A stretch of 64,000 nt of DNA from the human T2T-CHM13v2.0 reference genome, Homo sapiens: assembly GCF_009914755.1 (NCBI RefSeq), contig NC_060929.1; one strand, 5' to 3'. Below the pieces are notes generated by a model. The model made no database searches, had not been told where the DNA came from, and saw only the letters and a list, made by a program, of their open reading frames with translations. The stretch's first letter is position 1; every line of letters begins with the position of its first letter. Positions 1-13,577 of the stretch are shown one piece after another. The position numbers and the translations under genes were made by a program.

Positions 1-325
1 TGGATATACAGACAGTAGTGGAATTGCTGGATCATATGGTATTTCTATTTTCAGTTTGTTGAAGAACTTTTACACTTTTTTCTGTAGTGGCTGTACTAAT
101 TATATTCCTACCAAAAATCAGTGTGGTTTTGATTTGCATTTCCCTGATTATTAGCAATATTGAACATTTTTCATATATTTCTCGGCCATTTATATGTCTT
201 CTTTTGAGAAATGTCTTTTGAGACCATTTGCCCATTTTTAAAATCAGGTTGTTATTATTATTTTGCTGTTGAGTTGTTTGAGTTCCCTATATATTCCAGA
301 TATTAATACCCTATTGGATGATATC
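1..325 (-). mobile_element. L1 (LINE-1) ORF2 3' fragment, old subfamily, internally deleted
   Basis: Minus-strand ORF 32..235 contains KCSILLIIREMQIKTT, matching the L1 ORF2p C-terminus; typical antisense L1 text (gtggttttgatttgcatttccctga). Confidence 0.9.
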
Positions 326-1111
326 CAATTATTGTAGAGATCTTTCATCTCTTTGTGAGTGAGTGTGAGAATATCCCCCTGTAAGTAGCATCAGGAGGCC
401 CAAGGAGGAGAAAGACCAAATCTGAGGCTTGATGCAGGTAACTCCCACTAGCATTAGAGGCCCAGCAAATGCCCCTTGCTCAACCCCTTGACTTAGCAGT
501 GCTTTGTTAAAGTAAATATGTATATATGTAGGGGTGGGAGTGGGAGTATAGAACTTCCTTCCCTCTAGACTTAGGCAGAATTTTGAAGAAGAGGGGTGAA
601 ATTCTTCTTCTCTGCACAAAGGCCTTTCCTCAGATTAGGATGCCCCAATAGGCAAACTCCATATGAAAATGACCTAATCTAGAAATTATCATTCACCAAA
701 ATGAAAACTGACCCTGGGTCCTGTGTCAGTGAGACAGGGCGTATCTGTACATAAGTGCACCTACATGTGTGCTGTGAATACAGCTGGAGACAGACAGTGC
801 CTTGGTAAAGAGAGCCAAGCCCTCACTCCTTGTACTCACAGGAACACATAGTGAGACTGTAGAAGAAGAGTCATTTTTATATGAAACATAGCTCTTATTC
901 TGTATATATTTTGTGAGCGAAATATAGCATTTATTAACACCATACAAGCAGAGCAGTGGGGAGTGCTTGAGTCACAAGCTTCAGAAGGCCTCTTCCTTCT
1001 AGCACCTTCTCCTTAGACCAGCTAACCTGCCATGAGACTGTTGTGTAGCCATCTTCACCTCCTCATCTTCAGGGAAGGGGATGAAAATATCTGTGCACTG
1101 CAAATGTTAAC

Positions 1112-1162
<51 letters not shown>
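1112..1162. repeat. (TA)4(CA)n microsatellite, pure (AC)22
   Basis: Read directly: AC repeat 1119-1162 preceded by a TA run. Confidence 0.98.
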
Positions 1163-1163
<1 letters not shown>

Positions 1164-1164
<1 letters not shown>

Positions 1165-1218
1165 ACAGTAGGCCCTCCATAACCTGAGGTTCCACATCTG
1201 CATATTTTACCAACTCTG
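1164..1218. mobile_element. TcMar-Tigger family MITE fragment (MER2/MER8-like)
   Basis: tacagtaggccctccataacctgaggttccacatctgca...caccaac resembles a Tigger-derived MITE segment. Confidence 0.55.
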
Positions 1219-1350
1219 GTCCCTGCTACTCAGGAGGCTACTTGGGGCCCCGCCCAAGGGAGGATTGCTTGAGCCTGGGAAGTCGAGGCTGCAGTGAGCT
1301 ATAATCCTGCCACTGCACTCCAGCCTAGGGGACAGAGCAAGAACTGTTTT
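1219..1350 (+). mobile_element. Alu right-monomer fragment (AluJ/FRAM-like), no A tail
   Basis: ggaggattgcttgagcctgggaagtcgaggctgcagtgagctataatc...ccactgcactccagcct. Confidence 0.85.
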
Positions 1351-2920
1351 TGATGGATTTGGGGCAGGTCTTTGAAGCTGTGTTGCCTCTTCTCAGCACT
1401 TGGTTCTCCTCTACCTCCAAAGAGGAACTTCAATCCCAGCCATTACAATGGGATGCAGCTCAGTGATTCTCTCCTACCCCATGAGGAAATAACTTGTCTA
1501 CCCATTTCAGGCACGTGTCCTTTCATTTAAACCTAAAATATTTCTGGGAAAATGACATCACAATTTCATTTGAAAACTCTCCTCAGTGTCCTGAGAGGAA
1601 GTTCTTCCAGTTGTCTACTTGCAATAGGAATCCATGTCCTTTCCCTAGGTCCTTGCTGGAAAGCGTGGGTGGACTTTATTAAGCCATTTGTCAGCGTTGA
1701 CTCCTGTCACTAGGTAATCATGATCCAGTCAGCATTTCCTCATATCCCGCCTGTCAATAATTAATCAACCTCTCTTGAGAGCTCTGAGAGCTTTGATAAG
1801 CTTAAGTGACAATATCCAGAGTCAATCTTGTCTGACTGTCAGGTCTAAGACTCGCCTCACTTCCCTTGCACTATGAGAGGCCATTACTGCTGAAATGTGT
1901 AGATATGAACTAGTTTTTCTCATTAGGAAATCTAGAAATCTGTGTTTTCAACTACTCATTCATTCTACTATCCTATCTGTGACCTGCTAACTTGTAGGAT
2001 GACTGGTGCCAAGCTGGGCCTTCCAAAATCACAGTCAGGAGACAGAGAGATGTTCAGGCCACTTTGATGGAGACTGGTGGCATTTTGGGTTTTGCAAACA
2101 AAATATTGAATCATTTCCATGCATTCAGGCATCAGCATCACAATTTGAAAATGACATCGTGAATTTGATGTAGGAGATGGGCCCCTGCAAAGCTGGGAAC
2201 ATGCAAAATTTTTGGAAACCAGAATTAACTTGCCATATGGATTGGCAACCACATTTCAAAGTTCCTGAATTTGTGATTCATTGTGGTCAGTTTTAGGTTT
2301 CTCTCCAAATTCTTACTCCATCCCATTCCTAGATGAATAGTTAATTTTATGAAAAACAACAATAAAAACCCAAACTTTGTGAAACTAGTGGTGGTCTCTA
2401 TTAAAGAGCAGATTATTTTCATAAAGGAAACTCTTTAGGCATAAGGGATGAAAATAGATATCTCCTATTACAATGATTCCCACACTTTTAGATTTTATTG
2501 AGTAGTAAAATGGCCTCAAATATTTTAGGACTGACAGAGGACTGCCAATATTTTATTTTGCCAAGTTAGGATATTATAAAATAAATGTTAAAAACAAATA
2601 AATACCATTTGCAATTATCCTTATTTCATAATAATAGATGGGATATCTTAACACCAAAATGCAAAAAGGCTATAATCTCAAAATGAATTAAGAGACGACA
2701 GTTGGCATTAGTGCACTGGTTTTTAAATAGAGATTTTAAAAGCTTTTAAATGTTGAAAAATGGCAAGATACATTTAATTCGTGGTGTTATTTTGAATGTA
2801 ACTTATTTTTTGGTACAAGTTTGATCATGTTAGGAACACACATTCACCAGAAGTACATAAATAGAAGCTCGAACATTCAATTTTTGTTTCTATCATAGAC
2901 CTTATTTAAAATCCAGGTTG

Positions 2921-3775
<855 letters not shown>

Positions 3776-5384
3776 AAGACTATCCTGGGCAAACTAAAGA
3801 AGCCAGGAAAAAATAGCCCCTCACTTTCTAGTTCCTTGCTCACTCTTCTTGCTACATGGTCAAAAAAAGAAGAGCAGGGAAGGTAACCAGGGGTCTCAGC
3901 AACAGGGGTTGCAGGAAAGTGTGCCCATTCAGCAGAGTCACATGTGGGGACAGAGGTATGCAGGGCTCTGGTCACTCTCAAGAAGTAGAAATTTACATAA
4001 AAGGATTGCAATAAATTTCATCCCAGATCAGCATTGGTCATCAGAGTTTTCCCAAATGGTAAACAAAACAAAACAAAACAAAACAAGCAATCCTGACAAA
4101 ATAGCAAGAACACACTGTGCAAGTTCCCATTTTCACATAGTAGATTTTCTTAAAGCAAGGCACCCTTGAACTGAAACATCCCATGGACCAGGAAGTGTCC
4201 CCAGTGGTGATGGGGGCAATGTCTCTAGGGGGACCACTGTGCAGGCCATTCAGAGCACTTAAACAGCCCTATCAGAGCAGCTCCTGGACCAAACACAAGC
4301 GTTCCCATCTGTGTTTGCCTTCCTCCACTCTTGTTTTCAGGCCTAGGGAGGGTGGTATCTGTCCAGAGGCTCCTGGGTTATGGCTGTATTTAAATGCCTG
4401 GTTCAAAACCTCATCCACCTCTCTCAAATTTGACAATTGTTTAAGTATTATTGCTTGACTGGATGCAGATGTTCGGCTCATCTTTTGTTGGGAGGAGTAC
4501 TTCTTTAGAAGAAGTGGGAAAATTGGCTTTTTTCTTCTTTTTTTTCAGACACATATTTTATCTTTATGTTTGTATCAAGGGCTGCCAAGAGATGCATCTG
4601 GTCCCCAAATCAAGAATCTCACACTCCTCCTCCCAACTCACAGCTTTCCAAGTGTCTTTCTTTGTGATCTCTGCCCAAGCAAGCTGTCGGCAGAGCTCAA
4701 TGGACAGATGACCAACACCTCCTGAAAGAAAGCAGAGCCTGTTCTCATCAATGCCAGGAAGAACAGCACTGATGGTATTTTTAATGTCATCTCCTGCCTT
4801 TTACCTTTTTTATACAACTCATTTTCTGATTAATATTTTCAGCAGCTAGAGCAAATGCCAGTTTAATTACATTTCCACACCATCCCCCCTTTATCCAATT
4901 AGTGGGTTCACTGGCTCCTCAACAACCTTTAGCGTCTGCGTTTTCAGTGAATGCTCAGTTGCTTTTGGTCTCGCCAAAAAAAATCTGTTACATATTAAGT
5001 TATAATAAGATATAGGCAATTATAGTAGCAGCAGGACAAATAGATTTGTATGGTTCATTACAAGGGATTTCTGGAACATACGTAGTGTAAATAACCAGTT
5101 TCTGGGGCAAAGCATATTTTGGAGGAAAATATTTAAAAAAAAAGATTGGAGGGGAAGAGGCCATTATTAGTTATGATAAGAAAGCTCTGAATGTAAAGAA
5201 ATCCTACCAGTTCAGTAGCTCTCTGTTATTTCAACACATGAACCAGAAACAGAAATAAATGATGAAGGGACTTTCCATGGAAAATGGGTGGTGATCTGTT
5301 TTTCATATTTAGAAAGAAAGAGTAAATAATACCATTGTCATTGCCTTAGAGGAGACTGAACAAACAGGAAAACTAACCCGAAGG

Positions 5385-5650
5385 GAGCATCTGATATGTG
5401 ATAAGCCATGTGCCCACACTTTGCCATTTGCACACATTACCTCCTTTAAATCTCATGACAACCCTGGGAGATATTAGGGTGAGATATTGGAATGACAATT
5501 TCATAGAGTTCACCCTAATAGCTATTGTTTTATAAAGGAGAATACTGAGGCTCATGAAGTTGGTAACTGCTCAGGGCCACCCAGCTAGTAAGTGGCTGAG
5601 TCAGAAATACATTATGGGTCTTTCTGGCTCCACAGACAGTGCTATTTCCA
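5385..5650 (-). mobile_element. MIR, interrupted by a MADE2-like insert
   Basis: actgaggctca...gccacccagctagtaagtggc is the reverse complement of the MIR core. Confidence 0.75.
5472..5520. mobile_element. Deleted MADE2-like mariner MITE
   Basis: Terminal inverted repeats TATTAGGGTGA/TCACCCTAATA; right end caatttcatagagttcaccctaata resembles the MADE2 TIR. Confidence 0.6.
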
Positions 5651-7517
5651 AGATACTACTCTAGGCCAAGAGACTCTTCTAGGGTCAATACATGAATAAA
5701 GTAAAAGAGGAGCCTTCCTGCCTGCAACAATTTCAGAAATGTCAGAGAAGTTCCTCTCCTAAATTAATTAATATATTGGCTGATGAACATCACTCAATAT
5801 ACGTTAGATTATGCATCATTCTAGCAGATCTTAGTAATGAAGTAAAGGAATGGCATTCCACTTCAAGGGAAAGAAAGGGGCTTCCATAATGGGAATGAAA
5901 AGATATCAAAAGAAATGATAGATTAGGGAAAGCAAGATTGCTTGAATTTACAATTTTTTTCTAAGTAGACCCAAAGCTGGTTGACCTTAATGACTCAGTT
6001 CTGCTTCAAGGATGTAATTTTTTAAAAATCTGACATTGGGAAATATATCTTCTTCTTTACTATACTTAAGAAAAATACTACTTCCTAAGAGCTGCACCTG
6101 AACAAAACCTTGAGAAATCTTGCTCTTCCTGTCACCCAACTTATCTGTAAGCCATAAGCATTATTGTTTTTATCTTAAAAAAAAAAACTTCCAGGGAGGT
6201 GGTTCTTCAGCACTCTTCAACGTTCCATATGGAGAACTATTTTTCAACCAATACCACTCTGCAGAATCCATTTTATGACTCCCAGGATAAATGCACGGCA
6301 TTTTGCCTAATTCTTCAGCCCACATTGGAAAGTTGGGTTGAAAAATCCCATATAAGTAAATACTCCATGAGTTTATACAGGCTGAAGTCACTAAGCTCAG
6401 AATATTATCCAGCTCCCCAGAGAGCCTACTGCAGCATGTGAACATGACTTTAAAGAGATGTGCCAAGATGCTGACCTCTTTCCCTTTGAGAAACAAGGGC
6501 TGGAATGGAAGATTCTGAGCCAATGCTGGTCACTGGGATGGGTAGAGAGTTGGGCTGAGTGAAACTTGCATTCAATCTTAGAAGCAGGTCAGCTGGATGC
6601 AGATGCCAGCAGCCAACCTGGCAGCAGAAATCTGGCTGTTGAATTCTCAGGTGGTGAGCATGGGGGTTGGTGGTGTCAACATGAGCCCACCTGCTATCTT
6701 TTGAGCTCCGCGTGTCCACCTTCACTGGCTCCTAAGTTGCCTCTTCCTCCCAGGGAAGCAGTGCAGTGAAGTGAGGAGTGCTGTATTTGGAGTACTGAGA
6801 GGTGAGTTTCGTAGGTCTCTGCCTTTACATACTTACAAAATTTTTAATCAATCCATTTCTAAAGTCTCTGTTTCCTCATCTCTAAAGTAAGGGGTCCAGA
6901 ATTTATAACCCATTCTCCTTTCAAGCACTGAGATACATGAGTGTATTCTCTGAGTCATGGACAACAAAGGCCAAGGTTAAATTCCAGGATTCATAGAGTC
7001 TATTCTAATAGAACTCATATGTGGCAGAATTTAAAAAGCTGCAAACTGGACATCAGACATAATAAGACAGAGGGACTCAAACGTACCTCTCTGGACTCCT
7101 GGTCCCTTTAGAGTTGCACTACTTTATTATCAAATCCTATGGGAAAGAGCAAAGGAAAAAATAATTTATATGAGACATGTCTCCTAGAGGGACCTCCCTA
7201 CCCATGGTTGTATTGAGAAGGCAAATCTGGGTCGCTATGTTGAATGCTGTTGGGCCCCACCCAGATCTAGCCATAACTGATGGGACGGGGTCTGAGAGCA
7301 ATCCACGTGCTGTCCAGTGAATCTCAGACCAAGCGGAGTCCTCCATCAAGAATTTAAAATTTGAGAACTGGATGATTAAGCCAGTAAGAGTAGGGACAGG
7401 AACTGAAACAGTATCCTGGAAAAGTGTCTAGAGAGTCCAGGGGCAATTGTCAGGGTGGATCATGAGTAAATTAAAGCTATGAGGGAGCATAAACTATGGG
7501 TGAGAAAAGGAGTGGTC

Positions 7518-8012
7518 CTGTGGTACCAGAGATGGCCCTCCCAGTCCACCAGTCCTCTTGGCATTCATGCCCTTTCATAGTCTTCTCACTTTGAATTGGG
7601 ACTGACCCTACAACTGGTCGAACATGGTGGAAATAACAGAGCATGGTTTTCAAAAATAGGCCGTAAAAAGCCTTGCAGCTTCCACCTGGGTATCTTGGGA
7701 TGTTCCCTTCGAACCCAGCTGCCACGCCAAGAGAAATCCAAGCCACATGGAGAGGACACAGTTACTGGAATTGGCAGCCTCAGCTAAACTCCTAGCCAGC
7801 AGCCATGTGAGTGGGCCACCTTGCAAGTCTAGCTAGGTTCAGCCTTCAGATCAATCTAGCCCCAGCTGCCACCTGACTGCAACTACAAGAAACACCTTGA
7901 GAAAGAACTAGAGAGTGCAGTCAACCCACAGAGGCATGAGAAATAGTGATCACTGTTCTTTTGAGCCACTCCATCTGGGAGTGGTTTGTGGCATAGCAAC
8001 AGGACCATAGAG
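7518..8012 (+). mobile_element. MaLR solo LTR (MLT1G/H-like)
   Basis: agccacatggagagg, agccttcagat, ctgactgcaac, gtcaacccacaga and gagccact...ggtttgt 3' motifs. Confidence 0.78.
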
Positions 8013-8030
8013 AAGGAATCACCATAAATA

Positions 8031-8435
<405 letters not shown>

Positions 8436-9494
8436 AAAAAAACGGTTTTTTTTTTTTTAAAAAGAGACGATATTGGATAGATGGAGAGAAGACACTCTCC
8501 AAGACAGATATTGGTGCCCAAGATTTCTAGCCCTCAACAGAGCCATATCTATCTTTAAAACAGCATTCTTTTATTTGAAGCAATTTGAGGGGATCTCCTT
8601 TCCTTATTACATAAACAAACCAACTAAAGTCCAACTGGAACAAGACAGAAATAGAAACCTAGTGAGTAGAGAGTCTAGGACAGAGGTTTCCGGAAGCTAG
8701 TCTATGAATAATTACTTGCACTAACAAGGTTTTTACAATTCTGTAATGTAATAAGAAATATAAAAACAATGTAAGAATTTATGTTCATGAACCTAACTCT
8801 ATTCACACTAATAAAGGCAGCCTGTCAAATTATCTACTCTGAGAGTCTGAAATATGAAGCAGAAGAGCATCAGATCCCCAGCACCAAGCGTTACTCATCA
8901 GATTCCTGGTCATCAGGAGATGAAGACATTTATGTCTCTCCCTGCCTCTCCTCCCTCTATCTTCCTTTTTCTCCCTGTAAGCTCCAGAAATGCAACGTCT
9001 GAGAATTGCTTTTACCTCCCCTTCCTGGTCAGCCTGTACTGTGCTTAGGGAAGAACTCTCACTTCCGCTATGTCATGTCCTTCTTCCTCTCTACCCCAGA
9101 ACCATGGCTAGGCATCAATAGCGATGGCAAAAGAAGGAAAAACAAATATTGGGGAAAGGGAGAGTATGCATAGCTTTTATCAGAGTCAAGAAAAGAAGCC
9201 CCCAGTATGACAGGTGGAGAATCTATTATTTCTCAATGCCTTGGCCTTGTTCTAAACTTAGCTAGTTAACCTATATTTGAATAAGATAAATAGATATCTG
9301 TTAAACAAGATGCCCTCTCCTGTCTAGCTCCTCCAACACTTCACATGGTGTACATTACTGGAACTCAGGTAGTTTAACGGCTCCTGCTGTTCACAAAGAC
9401 AAAAGAACAGTCCTTCCACAGGCTCCACCTCGCCCAAGGTTACAGAGAACCTGGGGCTGGGGCCCATGGCGTTCCTTGCCAGCCTTCTCTTAGG

Positions 9495-9600
9495 TAGGAG
9501 ATCAAAGCCTGGGCAGACAGCCCGCCGACCCTGATTTGCATCATGAAAGTCACCTGTCCAGCACTGCCCCAGAGGCAAAGAGATCAAAGCTGGGAGGGCA
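9495..9600. promoter_or_regulatory. Candidate enhancer module: two TCF/LEF sites flanking an octamer
   Basis: AGATCAAAG at 9499-9507 and 9581-9589; ATTTGCAT at 9534-9541; unique sequence. Confidence 0.4.
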
Positions 9601-10129
9601 GCTGGGAGCAGGGAGGAAATAAAATATTGATTTAATGAGATGCATGGTAATTCTCCTCCATCCACCTTCTCAGTAATGAAAGTGAGGCTGTGAAGTGACC
9701 GTTATCCGTGCTCCTTTCATGAACCCACATTATGGCTCCCACTTGCCCTGCCATATGGGTCTCATGCAGTCTTTCCCAGAAAAAGAAAAACAGGAGGGAA
9801 AAGACTGAGAGAGGCCATGCAATCAGATGGTTTCCCAAGCACCTCCACCACCTTGGTGCAAGTATGCCATAAGGAGGTGTGTTCTGAACTGTTTCAGTCC
9901 CAGTTCAAAAATAATTACATGCAGAAACTCAAAATCTAAAACAGATAAAAGAGCATCTGCTCAAAAAGACATGGGGGAAGGGTACTCTAGAGCCCCCGAT
10001 GCTTCTTCTCTAGTAACTGAAGAAGCCACAGAGGACAAACGGAAAATGACTTTGCTAACTTTGAGAATTTCTATTGCTGAAGTGCTCTGAAGTTTACCAT
10101 ACTCGAGCTGGGCTTCAATGAATGGGTTG

Positions 10130-10445
10130 AAGGTGGGCGGAGATGAGAATAAGAAGGCATGTCAAGCTTGGTAACAAGCTGAGATCTTAAAGCAGCAGAC
10201 AAAAGTCAAGTAATGGGCATATTTTCTGGCTGGAAAGGCAAAGCGGGGCAGAGACATATTGATTTCGAGGTCTTGGGGGAATTCTCCGTCTGAAACTCCT
10301 GCCGAAGATGACGTCACTGACCCTCATCAGAGGCCGGGCCCTGGGGAGCTGTGGCTCACCACAGAAGCAGCTACAGTTTCTGTGTAAGAGGAGCCAAAGC
10401 CCTTTTGGCCCTGGCTGCGGAGTGTGGGCGGGCAACGGAGGATTT
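10130..10445. promoter_or_regulatory. Candidate promoter/enhancer with full CRE and GC boxes
   Basis: TGACGTCA 10309-10316; GGGCGG near 10135 and 10425; near-kB GGGGAATTCTCC 10276-10287; locally elevated CpG. Confidence 0.4.
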
Positions 10446-10829
10446 AAGGATTAAGTGGTGAAAATGTTAAGTGAGCACGGGCTCCTTATTCATTGTCTAG
10501 ATTTTAACATCTTTCAGCTTTACTCCAATACCCAAGCAGGACCGTTTATGTGTTTGTTCACCATATTTCTTAAAATATGATTAAGTTTGTCTTTAAAAAA
10601 AACTGGCCTCTCTCCCCAGGACAGTTACCCTGGTGCCATTTGCAATCTGGTCGATCTGGTTTCCAACTGAATTCAACTTGCCTCAGCTACCGTGAACTTC
10701 TTACTGGTCCCCAGCCATGTCAGGCCCTAAATGAAGGGTGCTTCATCCTTTATCCTGTATATCCACATCATCCTCTTCACAGATGGTCTTTCCATCTTTT
10801 TTAAAGCAAAGTACTGCCATCAACAACAG

Positions 10830-10950
10830 GGGATTTGGGATTCTGGGTTCAAATTCCGGCTCTAGGATTTACTGGTTATGTGACTTTGGGAAGGTCATTG
10901 AAATTCTCTGAGCCTCAGCTTCTGTATATATAAAATAAAGTCAGGATGAA
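10830..10950 (+). mobile_element. MIR
   Basis: ctgggttcaaattccggctct...tgtgactttgggaagg...tctctgagcctcag. Confidence 0.8.
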
Positions 10951-11932
10951 AAGAGACAACCGATATGCAGCTACCTCTGTGCCCAGCAAGAGCATGTGCT
11001 CGTGAAGAGTTGCCATTTGCCTGGCAAACTCCAACACCATGCTTCAACATGGAGCTAGCTCTGGGGAAACAAGCCCTGAGAATCGCCAGTGACTGGGGGC
11101 TCACTTCTTCCCAAGCCAGTCTCTGCATGGTTGATAGAAAGTTGCCATCGCATTGCAGCAAAACTGACTTCCACCAGCAGATGCCAAGAAATGAGCATGC
11201 CCCACTTCTGTCACACTGTTTAGGGGAGATAGACCATCTGCTGCCCCAGCGTGCCTGACTCCCGCCTAAGGAGTCACAGTGGAGCCAGGAGGATGAAATT
11301 TGCCTCTTTGAGGTTCTATGTGGATCCAAACAGGAAGAGAAAGTCGCTGAAGGTCTCCTTTTTCACTATCTCTGAATCCAACCATCTCATCTCCAGCAGC
11401 CCAATGATTTTCAAGCCCAGTTATTTCTGACACCTTTCATCTAGGCCCAAATGTCCTTTCTTTGCCAAGAATCCACCCAAAACATCTGGAGCTCTGAATG
11501 TAAAGCAGGTATATTGAATGCTAGAATCTAATTAAGGAAGGAGAAAAAAAGAACCCTTAAAGATAGCCTCAACACTGGCTGTGATCCAGAAGCCTGATGG
11601 GCTTATACTTGTGGGGCCTCAGGGTGATGGAGTAGAATGTTCCAGTGGGCAGGATGTAGACAGTAAGAGAAGTGGAGTCTGCAACATTCAGGGTGTCTGT
11701 CCCCAAACCCAAGCCCAGCAAGGGGAAGAGATGGAATCTCCATGGTATTAAACTACAAAAAAGCGAAAGAAGAGACCAAAATAGTCTGATAGAGATTTAA
11801 AACAAGACGGCCCTGCAAATATGTCTCAGTCAGAAGAATTTTCTTGGCTTCTGCTACTTCTCATGGCTCCCTAGGGGATCCCGCATTTTCAGCAGACTAT
11901 CAGCCCCAAAACACATAGACCACACAAAGATA

Positions 11933-12077
11933 TCATTCATTCATTCATTCATTCATTCACTCACAAATCTGTATTGCAGGTCGAGTACACTCCAGACACT
12001 GCTCTAAGGCACATTTAGACACAGTCAAGAAAACAGATGACAGTTCCTGCCCTCATGGAGTTTACATTCTAGCGAGG
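11933..12077 (-). mobile_element. L2 3' end with (TCAT)n tail
   Basis: (tcat)n followed by cctgccctcatggagtttacattctag. Confidence 0.8.
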
Positions 12078-12121
12078 CATTCTTGTCTGGCTAATGCGGA
12101 ACACATCATTGAGATTCAAGG

Positions 12122-12440
12122 CCAGGATTCATAAACCCAATGCATCCAGGGTCTGGATAGGGAACAGCCATGGGCAGAGTGATCCAGTTGCAAGGCAATA
12201 GGGAAAGGTGTGGACTGTGGGGACCAGAAATCTCATACCTCATCTAAAGGAGGAAGCTGCTGTTTGGTTCCAGGCCATTGACTCCACAAAAGAATATAAT
12301 GTCATTGCTTCCAGATTTTCTGGTTTTTCAGTAGAAGTAAAAAATCTAGAATTCTGTGAAATTCTCTGATTTTTAAAACCTGGAACAAATCAAACTAACC
12401 ATATGTGACAGCCAGTTCCCATTTGAGAGACATCTGCTTG
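12122..12440 (-). mobile_element. hAT-Charlie MITE (MER102-like)
   Basis: aaggcaatagggaaaggtgtggactgtgg...catctaaagg...ccagattttctggtttttcagtagaag. Confidence 0.7.
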
Positions 12441-12635
12441 TGACTCTCACTCTTGATGTCCAGTAGGGATTGGTGGGCATCAAGGGATTGAGTTGATCAA
12501 TTACAAAACCTGGATCAGGAAAACATGGTCTCAAAGCAGCTTCACCCTTTGCTACCAGTGACTTTTTAAAGGCAGGTCATTTGGACTCCTGAGTCCCCAT
12601 TTTTTTATCTGTAAAACAGGAATAAAATCATAGAA

Positions 12636-13115
12636 CTGTTATTCATTACAGGGTTCTGGCAGGAAGCAGATGCACATTTAAAGGTTTCAAGTGAAGGAGT
12701 TTAATTGTTCTATTGACAGAGGCATACACAGAGGTCAGTGGGGAATGCCTAAGAGCTGATGAAACACCCTGGGACTAGAAATACCAGGGAGCCATTACTA
12801 CCCCTAGCCTAAAGGAGTAAAGAGAGACAAAGATCCCAGATTCTGGGGAGAGACACAGCTGTGGATGAAGGGCACTCGGCAGGAGCTGTGGTCCTAAAGG
12901 GATGCCAATCCTCCCAGTGTTGAGGGAATAATATCCCTACCTGACAGTCTCTCCTTCTAATCTCCTGCTGCTGCCTCCTATTGGCCCTACCAATCTAGAA
13001 GCCAGAAGGCAAGAGAGCTTGGGTGGTGTAGTCTGCAGAGCTCAGTCTCACAGGGCACAGGCCAGGGTGAAAAAGAGCAGAGCATGGGTCAATGGATCTG
13101 GAAGAGCACACGGTT
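12636..13115 (-). mobile_element. ERVL LTR (LTR33-like)
   Basis: cagggttctggcaggaagcagatg...atctcctgctgctgcctcctattggcc...agaagccagaaggcaag...tggatctggaag. Confidence 0.7.
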
Positions 13116-13577
13116 GTCCTTTACATCTCCTTTCAGTTGAGTATGCACCAACCCTCTTTCTCACTCTCTCAGCATCCTAGGGGGAAATAGTCTGGTGGAG
13201 TCCTCTCCACTCTACCTCAAAAATGCTCATGACTTTGAACTTGTCAAGCAAACTGAGAAGTGCTCAAAGGGTGATTTTCTGGGAAAGGCTAGGGCATCCA
13301 CACTAGGTTCCCCATGGAAGGGCTGGGCTCTACACAAACCTCAGAGCTAAAGTCATGGTTGGTCCAAATGATTAATTATGAGGACTCCTCTTCATTACAG
13401 GTCACCAGGATAGGAGGCCAAAAAAGAATTGAGTGAGGGAAAGAGCCCACTCAGAGTGAGGAGCGGAAGGCAAGGGAGTGATGGGAGGTAGGCTGACCTT
13501 CTCTATTGCCACCTTGGGCTGGGAGTGGAGGGCTAAGAAAAAGGGCGATCCAGAAAAGCTAAACCTCAAGCAACATA

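Noticed and set aside
10895-11329. Overlapping 144-aa and 97-aa ORFs next to the promoter-like patch
   Set aside because: No domain similarity or splice context; partly MIR-derived; length expected by chance
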